Part shown: piece after piece, positions 1 through 10,400 of the stretch
Position numbering within the stretch: the first letter of the stretch is position 1
Layout of the letters: every line of letters starts with the position of its first letter
DNA from: Rhizaria sp. SCN 62-66
Taxonomy: Eukaryota
Direction: 5' to 3'
Assembly (NCBI GenBank): GCA_001724265.1
Contig: MEDY01000320.1
Coordinates: forward strand, 44,075-64,074
DNA: 20,000 nucleotides
Made by a program: the position numbers and the translations under genes
The notes under the pieces: model-generated
What the model saw: the letters and a program-made list of their open reading frames with translations, nothing else
What the model was told of the DNA's origin: nothing
Databases searched by the model: none

Positions 1-1
1 T

Positions 2-811
2 ACCCAGCGCAAGCTCGCCTCTGCTGAGGCCTCTGCCCACGGTGGCCTCAACCCCAAGGATTTCGTGCCCCTCAAGGTTGCCGCTGTTGAGACCTACAAC
101 TACAACACCAAGATCATTTCTCTTGCTCTTGAGTCCCCCTCTGCTCAGGCCAACCTCCCCATTACCTCTTACGTCGTGACCCGCGCTGATGGCCTCACTG
201 CTGACGGCAAGCCCACCATGCGCCCCTACACCCCAATCCACTCCAACAAGAATGGCGTCGTCACCCTTCTCGTCAAGGAGTACCCCACTGGCACCATGTC
301 CAAGCACCTCTGCAACCTCAAGGTTGGCGACTCCGTCGACGTCAAGGGTCCCCTCCCCAAGTACAAGTACACCCCTAACGAGGTCAAGAAGGTCACCCTC
401 ATCGCCGGCGGCACTGGCATTACCCCCGTACTCCAGCTCGCCGAGGCCATCCTCGCCAACAAGGAGGACAAGACCAAGGTCGAGTTTGTCTTCGCCAACA
501 CTTCGCAGAAGGATATTCTGCTCAAGTCCGAGCTCGACGCGCTCGCGGCCAAGCACAAGGACCAGGTCAAGATGACTTACGTCATCGACAAGCCCGAGGC
601 TGGCTTCACCGGTCACACCGGCTACCTCACCAAGGACCTCCTCTCCAAGCTCGTCGACAAGCCCAGCGCGGACAACAAGGTTTTTGTCTGCGGTCCCCCT
701 GGCTTCATGACGGCCGTCTCCGGCGCCAAGGCCCCCGACTACAGCCAGGGCGAGGTCGATGGCGCCCTCAAGGAGCTCGGCTTCACCAAGGACAACGTCT
801 TCAAGTTCTAA
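2..811 (+). CDS. MCR1: NADH-cytochrome b5 reductase, MCR1/mitochondrial type (5'-partial)
   Basis: FAD-binding RPYTP and GTMSKHL...KGP motifs, NADH-binding IAGGTGITP, FANTS, and CGPPG. The C-terminus SQGEVDGALKELGFTKDNVFKF is typical of MCR1-like reductases. The frame is open upstream of the GTG at 65 back to base 2 (TQRKLASAEASAHGGLNPKDFVPLK), so the true start lies before the window. Strong C/G-ending codon bias; TAA stop at 809-811. Confidence 0.93.
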   Translation, partial: TQRKLASAEASAHGGLNPKDFVPLKVAAVETYNYNTKIISLALESPSAQANLPITSYVVTRADGLTADGKPTMRPYTPIHSNKNGVVTLLVKEYPTGTMSKHLCNLKVGDSVDVKGPLPKYKYTPNEVKKVTLIAGGTGITPVLQLAEAILANKEDKTKVEFVFANTSQKDILLKSELDALAAKHKDQVKMTYVIDKPEAGFTGHTGYLTKDLLSKLVDKPSADNKVFVCGPPGFMTAVSGAKAPDYSQGEVDGALKELGFTKDNVFKF

Positions 812-1287
812 ATTTAGGGACTTGTTTAAGTTGTTTGAAGCCTAAGTTGACACACGTAGCCTCTCAGTCTCGAGGTTGTTTCTGCTTTCTGTACTCATCT
901 TTCTTTTTTTACATCCAATGAGCCAGAGCGGCCGCCAACGTGCTCTCCGACTGTCGGGTGTTGTGTTGACCGCCTGCTGCTGCTGGCTCCTTGAGAGTCG
1001 TCTATTATTTCCAATGTGACGCTCTGTGTTGCGCGGGAAGTGACTGCGCACGTGTGCAGGCGTCAGGGTATTAATCATTCAAGTCACGATACGGATGCGA
1101 ATTGAATACATTTCTTATTTGAGCATTCTGTTGGTCCCCGATCATCTATGATCACATATCTGATATACTGGTGTATTTCTACTGTTATGGCTAAATAAGA
1201 AGTTCTTCGGACTAAATAATCATTATTTTTCAAAAACTGAGCCGCTTGACTCAAGATGTTCCTTGCATGCTTCTTTGCTTTAAGCAA
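812..1287. other. Convergent intergenic / 3'UTR region
   Basis: Lies between the stop codons of two convergent genes. GC drops abruptly, with T-rich tracts and AAATAA-like hexamers near 1193 and 1214. No credible ORF. Confidence 0.75.
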
Positions 1288-4200
1288 TTACAGCACGTGC
1301 TGATTGTTGTCGCCAGCGTACGCCGCCGCTGCACGCCGCGGCCGCAGCGGTGATAGTGCCAGACCCGCAATGGGCCGCGCCGCCACGCTGCTCGGTGACA
1401 TCGCATTGTCCGCACTTTCCACAGCGCCAGCGCCAGCGCCAGCGCCTTCGTGACCATGAGCGTGACCGTGACCGTGGGCGTGACCGTGAGCCTGGCTGTG
1501 GCTGTGCCCAGCGCGCGTGCTCATCGCGGCAACATTCGACGCGAGCCGCGTAAGCCGCGTGTGCTCCCGCAGACTCGCGCTCTCGCCCTCGCTGTCGTCG
1601 CTGTCGCTGCCCACGGCCGCCTCGGCCGCCGCCACGGCCGCGGCCGTCGCGCGCGCGCTCGGAGCACGCAGCTGCGACTGCGTGGCGTGCCCGCTGGCGT
1701 CGTACGAGTCGGACTCGGACTCGGAGTCCGCCGCGAGCCCCGCAACCGCGTGGCGGCGCCCGTTGCTTCGCTCTGCGTCGCCCATGCGCTCCGCATATGC
1801 AGCAGCGGCAGTAGCGCCGTAACTGTTGCTGTAGTTTCCGTAAAAGCCGGACGGGGACTGCGGGCGCTGCGTGAAGGGCTGCGCGAAAGACTGCCCAAAC
1901 GGCTGCGCTGTTGCTGCAGCCGCGGCGGCGGCGGCGGCGGCGGCAAAGGGCGATCCGGGACGCGCGAAGGGCGGCACGTGACCGGAGGCTGAGGCAGAGG
2001 TGGCGGCGGACAGCGATGTAGACGCGAAGTGCGAGGCCCACGTCGGCGCAGCTGCAGTGGCAAATGGAGACTGTAAACGCGCAAACTGCGACTGCTGCGG
2101 GTGATGTTCCTGCTGGTGTTGCTGTTGCGCAGCAAAGCCTGAGCCAAACGTCGGCGTCGCGGAGACAGGGTGCGCGCGGCCGACGCTGCGACTTACGCCG
2201 TGACTCTGCGCGTTGCGCAAGTGGCCGTGAGCAGGCCTCAACGCAGGTGTCGCGTCGCCCATCGCGCAATTCGCAAGATTCGCGCTGGCGGCAGAGTTGC
2301 GGTGTTGAGCGCCGCGGACAGGCGGGGGCTTGCCGCTGCGACTGCCACCGCCAGTGCCAGTGCCGCAGTCGCCGCCACCGTCGCGGCGGTGTGACCGCGT
2401 ACTGCGTCCGTCGTCGCGGCTGGAACTCCTGCTCCGACTGCGGCTGCGTCTAGGGCTGGGACTGAGACCGTGGCGGCCAGACCGGTGCTGCGAGCGTGAA
2501 TCGCGCCTGTCGTCGTGTTCGCGGAGGCTGCTGAGGCGGCTGCTGTGGCGGCGGTCGCTGGCGGGTTCGCCGCGCCTGTCGCTCACACGCCTGCTCTCGT
2601 GCCGACGTCCTGCGCTGCGACTGCCGCTGCTGTGGCTGTGGCGACGGCCAGTCTCCTGCGCATCCTCCTGTTCCCACTCGCTCTCGCTGTGGTTCTCATT
2701 GTAGTACTGCTGCTGCTGCTGCTGTTGCTGTACGCCGTGGCCCGCGATAGCGTCTTCATCTTCGCCGTCTCCCATTGTAGTCCCCGCACTGTTACTATGG
2801 GCGTGGGGCGCGGAGACGCGGGGCGCGGCGCGGGCGTCGGGGCGCGCGCTGCGGCTGCCGGCGTGGTGCGCGCGCGGCTGCGGCGCGGGCGAGTGCGGCC
2901 GCGAGTGCGCACGCGCCGAGTGCCCGTGTGACTTCGACTGCGAGTGCGCGTGCTGTGTGCGCGCGGCGAATGCGGCAAAGGGCGACGCGAGCGCGGCGAA
3001 CGGGGAGGCGAAGGCGCCCGCCACCGCGGCGGCCACTGCGGCGGCCGTGCTTGTCACATCGGCCGCGGTCGAGCCGCCGCCAAACACGTGTTGCTGCTGC
3101 ACTGACGACGGTGACGACGACTGTGAGTACGAGTGACCGTGGGCAGGGTGACCGTGAGCGCCCCATGCCGCACTGGCCGGTGACGCGGGCCGCCATGGCG
3201 ACTGCGGGCGCGCGCCGTTGTGCGCGTGCGACTGCGCAAACATGGCCGCAGAAAGCGGACTGTGCGGCCGCGGCGGCATGCCCAAGCCACCGTGCGTGCG
3301 ATAGCGGTGATGATCACCGCCGTGCAGTCCGCCAGCGCTGGCGCCGCCGGAAAGCGGCAGCGACAGCGGCGACGACCAGAGTGAGCGCGCGGGCGGCGCG
3401 GCAGTGGCGGAGTTACCGTCGGCCGCAGCAACACCGCGCGCCTCAGCCAGGAGCTTGAGTGAGGGCGGCAGCGGCAGCGGCATGGCGGCCGGAGTCACTG
3501 CGGGCGGCGATGCCTGCGACTGAGACTGTTGGGACTGAGACTGGAACTGGGATTGTGCAGTGGCAGAGCCCGGGCCTGCGGCAGCGCTGCCAGTCGCGTG
3601 CCAAGGACGGCGCGCCGCAGCAGTAGCGGCTGCGTCAGCGTCGTCGCCAAAGTCGGAGTCGGCGTCAGAGGCCGAGTCCGGCTCGAGACCGCGCGGCCTC
3701 ATACCGGGCATCGGCCCGCGGACCGCGCGCCGCGCGCTGCTGCTAGACGGCACCGACGCGCCCGCTCCAGCCGCAGCCGCAGTTCCAGCAGCGGAAGGGC
3801 CAAGTGCCGGTGTGGCGGCGCCGAAGAGGTACGACTTGACGGCGCCAAACAGCGTCGATGCCGACCCATCCGCTGCATCCGCCGTTGCTCGTGCTTGACC
3901 GGGACCGTGAGCATGACTGTAAGCGCGACCGTGAGTGCCCGGTGTAGGAGAGTCAGAGAGATGGAGCGCGCGGATGCCGCGGCGCACTGCGTCCGGCGCA
4001 GGGGCCGCTAAGGCCGCGGGAGCATTCGCGTTTGCAGAATCTGCGGGGGCAGGATGACCACCGGCTGCGAGGGCTGCAAAGAGCTGACCGAGCCTAGGCT
4101 GCTGCTCCTTTTGCGGACGCTGGGGGCCGCCACGCAGCTGCTGCTGGTGCTGCTGCTGCTGTTGTTGTTGTTGTGCGTGCGGTTGCGGCAGCGGGGGCAG

Positions 4201-7023
4201 AGATGTTTTGTCCGCATCAGCGTCAGCATCGGCGATATGGCCAGACACAGAGTGCGAGACTGTGGTCATGGCAGCGACCGTGAGCGCAGAGGCAGCGTCG
4301 TCGCTCGCGGCGGCCACAAACACCGTCCCAGGCGCAACATCACCCGTGTCGTTGCGAGCATCCTTGGTGGAAGCTGTGGCCGCCGGAAACAGTGTGCGCA
4401 TCGCAACGCGCGCAGCGGCCCTCAGTATCACGCGCATCGCACCGGCGCCGGCGACCAGCGCAGCGATGATAACCCCGGGTAGCGCCGCGAGCGCGAACGC
4501 GAGGATGCGGAGCAGCGCAGTGAGCCCCATGGCGATTGCCGCGCCGGCGACGGCGAGGATGATGATCAGCGGGCCGGTGCGCGTGGACAGTGTGGCGGCC
4601 GAGAAGAGCGCCAGAGCACAGGCGCGCAGTACGGAGGCCCAGGCAGACGCCGGCGCGCGCACGCAGTAGCACGGGAGAGCCGTCGCCGCAGCCACGTCCA
4701 CACCCGCCAAGTCCGGCCAGCACTGTGCACAGACTGCGCCGTTCGCGGTGACATCCGGGGGAGGCAGCGCGCGGTGTGAGAGCAGCGCGGTCCAGGCGCG
4801 GCGCGCGGCGAGTGCGCGGCGCGGGGGATACCAGCTGCGGCGCGCGGCGGCGTCCACGAGCGCGCTGCCCGCAGCACCGCGCGCGCGGGCAGCGGCTGCG
4901 GCGGCCCAGCCGGGAGCGAACGGGCCCGCATTGACACTGCTCACTGCGGCGGCGGCATTAGTAGCAATATCGTCATCGTCGTCGTTGTCGTCGTCGCGGC
5001 AATTGCTGTGGCAACGCGCAGAGGGCTCGCGGAGCAAGAGCGCAAGCGCGGGCCGAGGGGCGAGCCAAAGCAGCGCGCGCACCGAGACGTCCATAGCGAC
5101 GTCCGCTGCAGTCACCGCAGCCTTCGCGGCCAGCGCCGCTGAGTCCAACTCTGCCTCCACAGCATCGCCGGTGATCGCAGCGGAACCGGCGCCAGCAGCA
5201 GCGCGGGCAGGCGTTAAATCAGACCCTGCATCAGAGGCAGAGGCAGCAAAAGACTCATTAGCAGCAGCGCGCGCGTGTTTGCGCCGCCCCTCGCCTGGAC
5301 TCCCGCCCGCCGCCGCGGCAACAGCGTTTCGCGCCGTTGCAGCATCGGTTGCAGCCGCGTTCGGGTTCGCGGCGGTGTGCGCGTGAGGCAGCGAGAGCAC
5401 CGCGGCGAGGTACTGCTCAGTGCGGCGGCGGTGCTCCTCAACAGCAGCGGCGCAGTCGCGGCAAAGAGCGCCGTGGCGGAACGACAGCGCGGCCTCGCGC
5501 CGCCGCCGCGCTGCGGGGCCCGTCTCCGACCGCTGCTGCGAGTCACCACCCGCGCCATACCCAGTGCCACCGGCGTCAGAGACTGAGGCTGAGGCTGAGG
5601 CTGAGGCTAAGACTGGGAGGGCGTCGGTGCTCCGGTCAGCAAGTTTGGCGCCCTCAGCGGCGAGACAGGGCGCGCACAGAACCGGCGCCGCGGGGGGCAG
5701 CGGCTGCCGGCGGTGCGCGAAACCAGAACCAAGACCAGAACCCGAGCCAGAGCCAAAATCAGAAGTCAAGCCCAAAGTCACAGAGGCGCGAGTGGGGACC
5801 GTGAGCGTGGCAGTCGCGGCGACTGCGGGGTCGGCATCGGTCGCGGACGCCTGCCGTTGCTGTTGGGCTAGGGCCCATACTGCGGCGGCGGGGGGCGGCA
5901 CGGGGACCGGCAGCGGCAGACACCCGCAGGCGCAGACCGCCCGCGCCAGCGCAGAGAGCGACCGCAGCGTCGACCGCAACAACGCGCGAGAGAGTCCCGT
6001 CTTCCCCCCGGTGTGAAACGGCCCGGTGTGAAGCGAACCGGCCGGGTAGCCGTTGGGCTCGCCGCAGTGCACGCAGCACCACAGCGGCGCTGGCTCGGCG
6101 CCAGAAGCGCTCTGAGTCTGACCGTGACTCTGGCCGTGACCGGTGTGGCTGTGGGCGAAGGCGGACTCGGCGCCAAGGGCGATAGGCGTGTTCTCTGCGT
6201 CCGAGTCTGAGCTGGCCGAATCTGACTCCGCGTCATCGTCGTCGTCGTTAAAGGAAATGCCGTAGCGGCGCGCGCGGAGGGGCTTGGCTGATTTGCCGTT
6301 GCTCTTGCCCGCGCTGCCACGCACAGTCTCATCACCGTCGCTGTCATCCTCGTCGTCGTCGTCGCTGCTGTTTAGACCGATCTTGCTGCAGTGGCTGATG
6401 GCCGCGGCGTAGATGAGTCGAACGGCAAATACCGCAGCGCGCGCGGCGGCGAGCGGCAGCAGCGCGAGCGCGGCGGCCACGGCGACGATGTCGGCGACCG
6501 CGGTGGCGACGCCGCGCAGCACGGCCGCCACGGGCGCGGCGACAGCGGCCGCGAGCAGTGCGGAGGTTACGAACGCAGCACTGGTGGCAGCGGGGAGAGA
6601 CGCGGGTAACGCGCGCGCGACGGCGAGGAGTGCGGGCAAGGCCCGCGGAGAACGCGCGGCAAGCACCCAGGGCTGCAGCAGCAGCGGGCAGCCGGCGGGG
6701 ACGAGCGCAGCGGTGTCAGCGTCAGCAGCGTCAGCAGCAGAGTCGGCGGAAGCGTCATCAGAGGAGGAATCAGTGAGGGCGGGGGGAGGGGCGACCCAGG
6801 AGGGTGCGTGGCAGGCCCAGCAGCGGCGGCGCGTGCGGGCAAGACAGCAACGGTAGAGGCAACACGAAAGAATAGCCGCGCTGCTGGAGAGCGCGAGGCG
6901 GATCACAACGGCGGCGAGCAGGAGCGCACCACAGACGAGGTATATCGTTGAGAATATGTCGGTCGACACGTACAGGACGCTGTCAAGCGCGGTCGGCGCC
7001 AGGTAAGTCATCGGGGACGACAT
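1288..7023 (-). CDS. TMEM201: Ima1/Samp1/TMEM201(NET5)-like inner nuclear membrane protein, 1911 aa, greatly expanded
   Basis: Single uninterrupted ORF with A-rich start context (ACAAAAAATG). An N-terminal hydrophobic helix is followed, in order, by RCWAC (CWAC 6811-6822), WCCVHCGEPNG (6049-6081), VLCAPC...EGAKLA (5665-5679) and LCRDCAAAVEEHRRRTEQYLAAVL (LCRDC 5452-5466). These match the recalled TMEM201 series CWFC / WDCPHCEQYNG / LLCKRC..QTTKI / LCRPCQAAVEYYIKHQNRQLRALL. Further hydrophobic segments at about 4420-4640 precede a long disordered S/P/H/R/Q-rich tail. Confidence 0.75.
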   Translation of the reverse strand: MSSPMTYLAPTALDSVLYVSTDIFSTIYLVCGALLLAAVVIRLALSSSAAILSCCLYRCCLARTRRRCWACHAPSWVAPPPALTDSSSDDASADSAADAADADTAALVPAGCPLLLQPWVLAARSPRALPALLAVARALPASLPAATSAAFVTSALLAAAVAAPVAAVLRGVATAVADIVAVAAALALLPLAAARAAVFAVRLIYAAAISHCSKIGLNSSDDDDEDDSDGDETVRGSAGKSNGKSAKPLRARRYGISFNDDDDDAESDSASSDSDAENTPIALGAESAFAHSHTGHGQSHGQTQSASGAEPAPLWCCVHCGEPNGYPAGSLHTGPFHTGGKTGLSRALLRSTLRSLSALARAVCACGCLPLPVPVPPPAAAVWALAQQQRQASATDADPAVAATATLTVPTRASVTLGLTSDFGSGSGSGLGSGFAHRRQPLPPAAPVLCAPCLAAEGAKLADRSTDALPVLASASASASVSDAGGTGYGAGGDSQQRSETGPAARRRREAALSFRHGALCRDCAAAVEEHRRRTEQYLAAVLSLPHAHTAANPNAAATDAATARNAVAAAAGGSPGEGRRKHARAAANESFAASASDAGSDLTPARAAAGAGSAAITGDAVEAELDSAALAAKAAVTAADVAMDVSVRALLWLAPRPALALLLREPSARCHSNCRDDDNDDDDDIATNAAAAVSSVNAGPFAPGWAAAAAARARGAAGSALVDAAARRSWYPPRRALAARRAWTALLSHRALPPPDVTANGAVCAQCWPDLAGVDVAAATALPCYCVRAPASAWASVLRACALALFSAATLSTRTGPLIIILAVAGAAIAMGLTALLRILAFALAALPGVIIAALVAGAGAMRVILRAAARVAMRTLFPAATASTKDARNDTGDVAPGTVFVAAASDDAASALTVAAMTTVSHSVSGHIADADADADKTSLPPLPQPHAQQQQQQQQHQQQLRGGPQRPQKEQQPRLGQLFAALAAGGHPAPADSANANAPAALAAPAPDAVRRGIRALHLSDSPTPGTHGRAYSHAHGPGQARATADAADGSASTLFGAVKSYLFGAATPALGPSAAGTAAAAGAGASVPSSSSARRAVRGPMPGMRPRGLEPDSASDADSDFGDDADAAATAAARRPWHATGSAAAGPGSATAQSQFQSQSQQSQSQASPPAVTPAAMPLPLPPSLKLLAEARGVAAADGNSATAAPPARSLWSSPLSLPLSGGASAGGLHGGDHHRYRTHGGLGMPPRPHSPLSAAMFAQSHAHNGARPQSPWRPASPASAAWGAHGHPAHGHSYSQSSSPSSVQQQHVFGGGSTAADVTSTAAAVAAAVAGAFASPFAALASPFAAFAARTQHAHSQSKSHGHSARAHSRPHSPAPQPRAHHAGSRSARPDARAAPRVSAPHAHSNSAGTTMGDGEDEDAIAGHGVQQQQQQQQYYNENHSESEWEQEDAQETGRRHSHSSGSRSAGRRHESRRVSDRRGEPASDRRHSSRLSSLREHDDRRDSRSQHRSGRHGLSPSPRRSRSRSRSSSRDDGRSTRSHRRDGGGDCGTGTGGGSRSGKPPPVRGAQHRNSAASANLANCAMGDATPALRPAHGHLRNAQSHGVSRSVGRAHPVSATPTFGSGFAAQQQHQQEHHPQQSQFARLQSPFATAAAPTWASHFASTSLSAATSASASGHVPPFARPGSPFAAAAAAAAAAATAQPFGQSFAQPFTQRPQSPSGFYGNYSNSYGATAAAAYAERMGDAERSNGRRHAVAGLAADSESESDSYDASGHATQSQLRAPSARATAAAVAAAEAAVGSDSDDSEGESASLREHTRLTRLASNVAAMSTRAGHSHSQAHGHAHGHGHAHGHEGAGAGAGAVESADNAMSPSSVAARPIAGLALSPLRPRRAAAAYAGDNNQHVL
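5583..5606 (-). repeat. Hexanucleotide repeat (CTGAGG)4 encoding (AS)n
   Basis: Four perfect copies inside the Ima1-like domain insertion. Confidence 0.85.
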
Positions 7024-7489
7024 TTTTTGTAGGGAAGTAGCAGGCTGCGCTGCCCACGCGCTTGCTTAGAGTCAAGGTGAAGCGATGGCAGTGCGAACGT
7101 GGGCAAGCAAGGCTCGAGCTGACTGGCCAGGGCACGAGCAAGGAAAAGATCGTGGAAATGAAAGTCATACGAAAACCTTGTAAGCTATATCTTTAGTATA
7201 ATGCACCTTTAGTAATTTTAAACAAGGAAACTCGTGTATCTCAGTCTAAGAATAGTAATCAATGCTGATATGCCAAAAATATGGATAACTCCATAGGGAG
7301 CGCTCACACGGTCTTCAGCGCGATCGACATAGCCGTGTTCCGGTAAACTTGACTTGTGACCTGTATAATCCGACAGTGGAAGTGCGGTCGAGATGTATAA
7401 TTCAACTATCTTTCAGGAGCTTTATGTAATTTTCATACTCATACCGTCGTCTATCTTCCTTCTATATTCCCTCAGAGCCCCACTCTGCC
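7024..7489. promoter_or_regulatory. Putative bidirectional promoter region
   Basis: 466-bp relatively AT-rich spacer between two divergent ATGs (7023 on minus, 7490 on plus). GTATAAT occurs three times (7196, 7363, 7395). A pyrimidine-rich leader precedes GCCATG at 7487-7492. Confidence 0.6.
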
Positions 7490-10400
7490 ATGTCTGTGCG
7501 TGTGGGCACCTCCGGCCTGCCTGCCGGAACCCCCAGTGTGACTTCCCCTTCACACGCCATCCTGGCCTCGCTTGTGGATCAAGATGACGCCTCCCTTGTT
7601 AGCCACGCGGACCACCTGCTGAAGCTTTTCGCTGATCTCTCAATGATGTCTCTGGCGCACCACTCTACGCTGTCTTCGTCCTCGCCAGCGGCCGCTGGCG
7701 CGAGCGCGAACCAGCTTCTCGCGCGCTGGCTGGCGCGCGTCGTTGCGCTCGTCCGCTCACCCACGGCCTCGCACCAGGCCGTCGGTTTGCGCTACCTTGC
7801 CGCCGCCATCCGCGGAGCTGACCACCCCGTGCTGCTGACTCAGGGCGCGATCTGGGCCCGCTTGCTCATCGCAGCCGCGCACCCGCCCGCCAATGGTCCC
7901 TTAACCCCGACGCAGAGCACGGTCGCGGCGCTGCAGACGTTACTGCTACTGCTCGACCGCAGCACGCTCTGGCCCGACGTCTGGCGCGTCGTCTCCTCTG
8001 CGGGCTCCTCGAAGCTCGTCACACTCACCGTCGCCGCCGTCAACGCGCTGCTCCCCGCGGCCCCCGCGTCAGCCGCGGCAGCCCCCGTGGTGTACCTGGC
8101 CGAGCTGCCCGCCGTGCTGTCGCTGCCGTCGCCCGCGGTCGCCGCGCTGGTGTTCCAGCTGCTGGGCGTGCTCCACGACTGCTTCGCGCGCCGCGCGCTG
8201 CAGCCGGCGTTCCGCGCGCAGACCCTCGCCGTCGAGGCCGTGTGCTGGCGCTGCGCCGACGTCGCGTCTGACCTCGTCTGGCTGCCCGCGCCCGCCGCGG
8301 GTGACGCAGCCGACGCCGCCGCGCTGCTGGGCGGCGGGTTCACGGTCCGCGCGCTCGCGGCTCGGGTGCTGGCGCTGCTGCCGCACGCGCAGGTTTCGCT
8401 CAAGAACGTCCAGACGCAGCTCACGCAGGCCTCGCAACTCCGCTCTTCTCACCACGCCGCCGGCTCCGGCGCTGGCGCTGGCGCTGCGCAGGGTGGCGCG
8501 ACGGTCTCGCCGCTTTCTCAGTGCTTCTCGGCGACGCCGGTGCCTGTGGTGCTCACTGCGGCCACACTCCCGGTGTGTTTCGACCGAGTGCGCGCGACCT
8601 CGGCCTTCTCCGCCGACGACGCCGACGACGACGCGACGGGCGGTTATGGCGGCGGCGACGAAGACCCGTCCTCGCACGCCACGGGCGCCGCGCCCGTCTC
8701 CTCCGGCCTCGCCGCGTCCGCCTCTGCCGCGTCCGCCGCCGCCGCCGCTGCGGGGCTCACCGGTGCGCTCTCATCTCTCACGAACCCGTGGTCGTTCTCG
8801 GCCCGCCGCGCGCTTGCCACGCTATCCGCGCTGCTGACGTCGCGCCTGCCCGCCTCCGCGCTTGCCGGCGCGGCCTTCACGCCCGTTGCGGCCGCCGCGG
8901 CGACTCTGCACGGCATCGAGCCGCTGCCGCTCTCGGCGCTGCCGCCGGGCGCCGGGCTGTCCTCGGCCGCCGCTGTCGCCGCGCGTGCGTCGTCGGTCTT
9001 CGCGCTGCTGCGGTTCCTGCTCACGGCACAGCCCGCCGCAGCGCCGCTCGCGCTGGGCGATCCCGCCGTGGCGGCCGCGCTCGCCGCCGCAGACGCAGCC
9101 TCCGCGGGCCAGGGCCAGGGCCATGGCGCAGGCGCGGGCGCGGGCGCAGGCGGCGTCTCGGGCACCGCGATGAACGCGCTCGCCGTGACGGGGCTCAACA
9201 CCACGGGCGCGGGCAAGTTTAGCAGCAACACGACCTCCGCCGCCGCGGCCGCCGCGCTGGCGGGCGCTGTGCTGCCGCTGCCGTCGACGACCTTCACGGG
9301 CGCTTTCCCGCTCTACGAGGCGCTGTCGCTGCTGCAGGGCGTGCTCTCGCTTGAGCCGCTGCCCACCGCGGGCGCCGCCGGCGCCGGCCTGGCTGACGCC
9401 GCGCGCCTCTCCCCGCTCGCGTTCGCCACGGTGCTGCCGCAGCTGCAGCTCGAGGCGCTGGCGCTGCTGCGCACGCTCATCGCCGCCGCGGGCCGTGCGC
9501 TGCTTCCGTACGCACGATCGGTCGCTCTATGGCTCACGGCGTTCATCGCTGCCACGGCCTCCACGCCCGCCGCGGCCTCGCTCGGCTCTAGCGCTAGTGC
9601 GAACGCGCTTGTGCAGATCCCGGCGTCGTCAGTCGCGTCCCCGCTCTGGCGCGCGCGGCTCCGCACGTCCGCCTTCGCATGCGCGGCCGCGCTGGTGACT
9701 GCGCTGGGTGTAGCCACACTGCGCACGGCGCTCGTTTCGCGCGCTCTGCCCTCTGCGCTCGCTGACGCCGCCGTGGCCGTCACGCGCGCGCTCGCCGCGG
9801 CTCGCGAGGCCTCGCGCAGCGGCGCGGGCGCGGCGCTGCTGGGCGTTGCCGCCACGGGCGCCAGCGCCTCGGCCGACGCGGGGGACGACGACGGGCCCGG
9901 CAGCGCGGCGCGCAACCGGCGCCGCGCAAAGAAGGCGCGCAAGCTGGAGCTGCTGGCGTCGCTCCCCACGGCGTCGATGGGCAGCACGGGCAAGAGCACC
10001 GAGCAGTCGGGCCGCAACGGCGACAACGTCAAGCGCGGCAAGGCTAAGGCCGCCGACGACGACAGCGACGATGACAGTGACGACGACGACGACGAGGATG
10101 ATGCTGCCGCACGCGCCGCCGAGGCCGCCCGTGAGGCCGAGTCCGCGGCGCAGCGCGCGTCTGGCGGCCACGGCATCGCCGTCTCGCAGAACGTGCTCGC
10201 CGCGACGCTGCGCGACCTGGCGCAGTACCGCGTGTCGCCCACCGGCACTCCCGCGCGGTCTTTTGGCTCTGACGCCGACGCCGTGGCTTCGCACGCTGCC
10301 GTGGTCGCCGCGCTGGGCTTCCTCACCGCCGTCGTGCGCTCCCCGGCCGCGGCGTCGGTGCTCTCGCTCGACGAGCGCGCCGCGATCGACTGCACGCTGC

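Noticed and set aside
65-67. GTG start called for the reductase, and TTG start at 19793 for the large ORF
   Set aside because: Eukaryotic context, and both frames remain open to the window edges, so the true starts probably lie outside the window.
1112-1201. Imperfect inverted repeat TTCTTATTTGAGC / GCTAAATAAGAA as a possible MITE or hairpin
   Set aside because: Only about 12 bp with a gap in AT-rich DNA, and no evident target-site duplication; compatible with chance.
842-1287. Small ORFs (78 aa and 67 aa) in the first spacer, plus small ORFs at 6983-7168 and 7393-7587
   Set aside because: Short, AT-rich, lacking the codon bias of the real genes, and no recognisable motifs.
7349-7369. TTGACT...TATAAT resembling a bacterial sigma70 promoter
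   Set aside because: The spacer is only 9 bp and the locus is eukaryotic.
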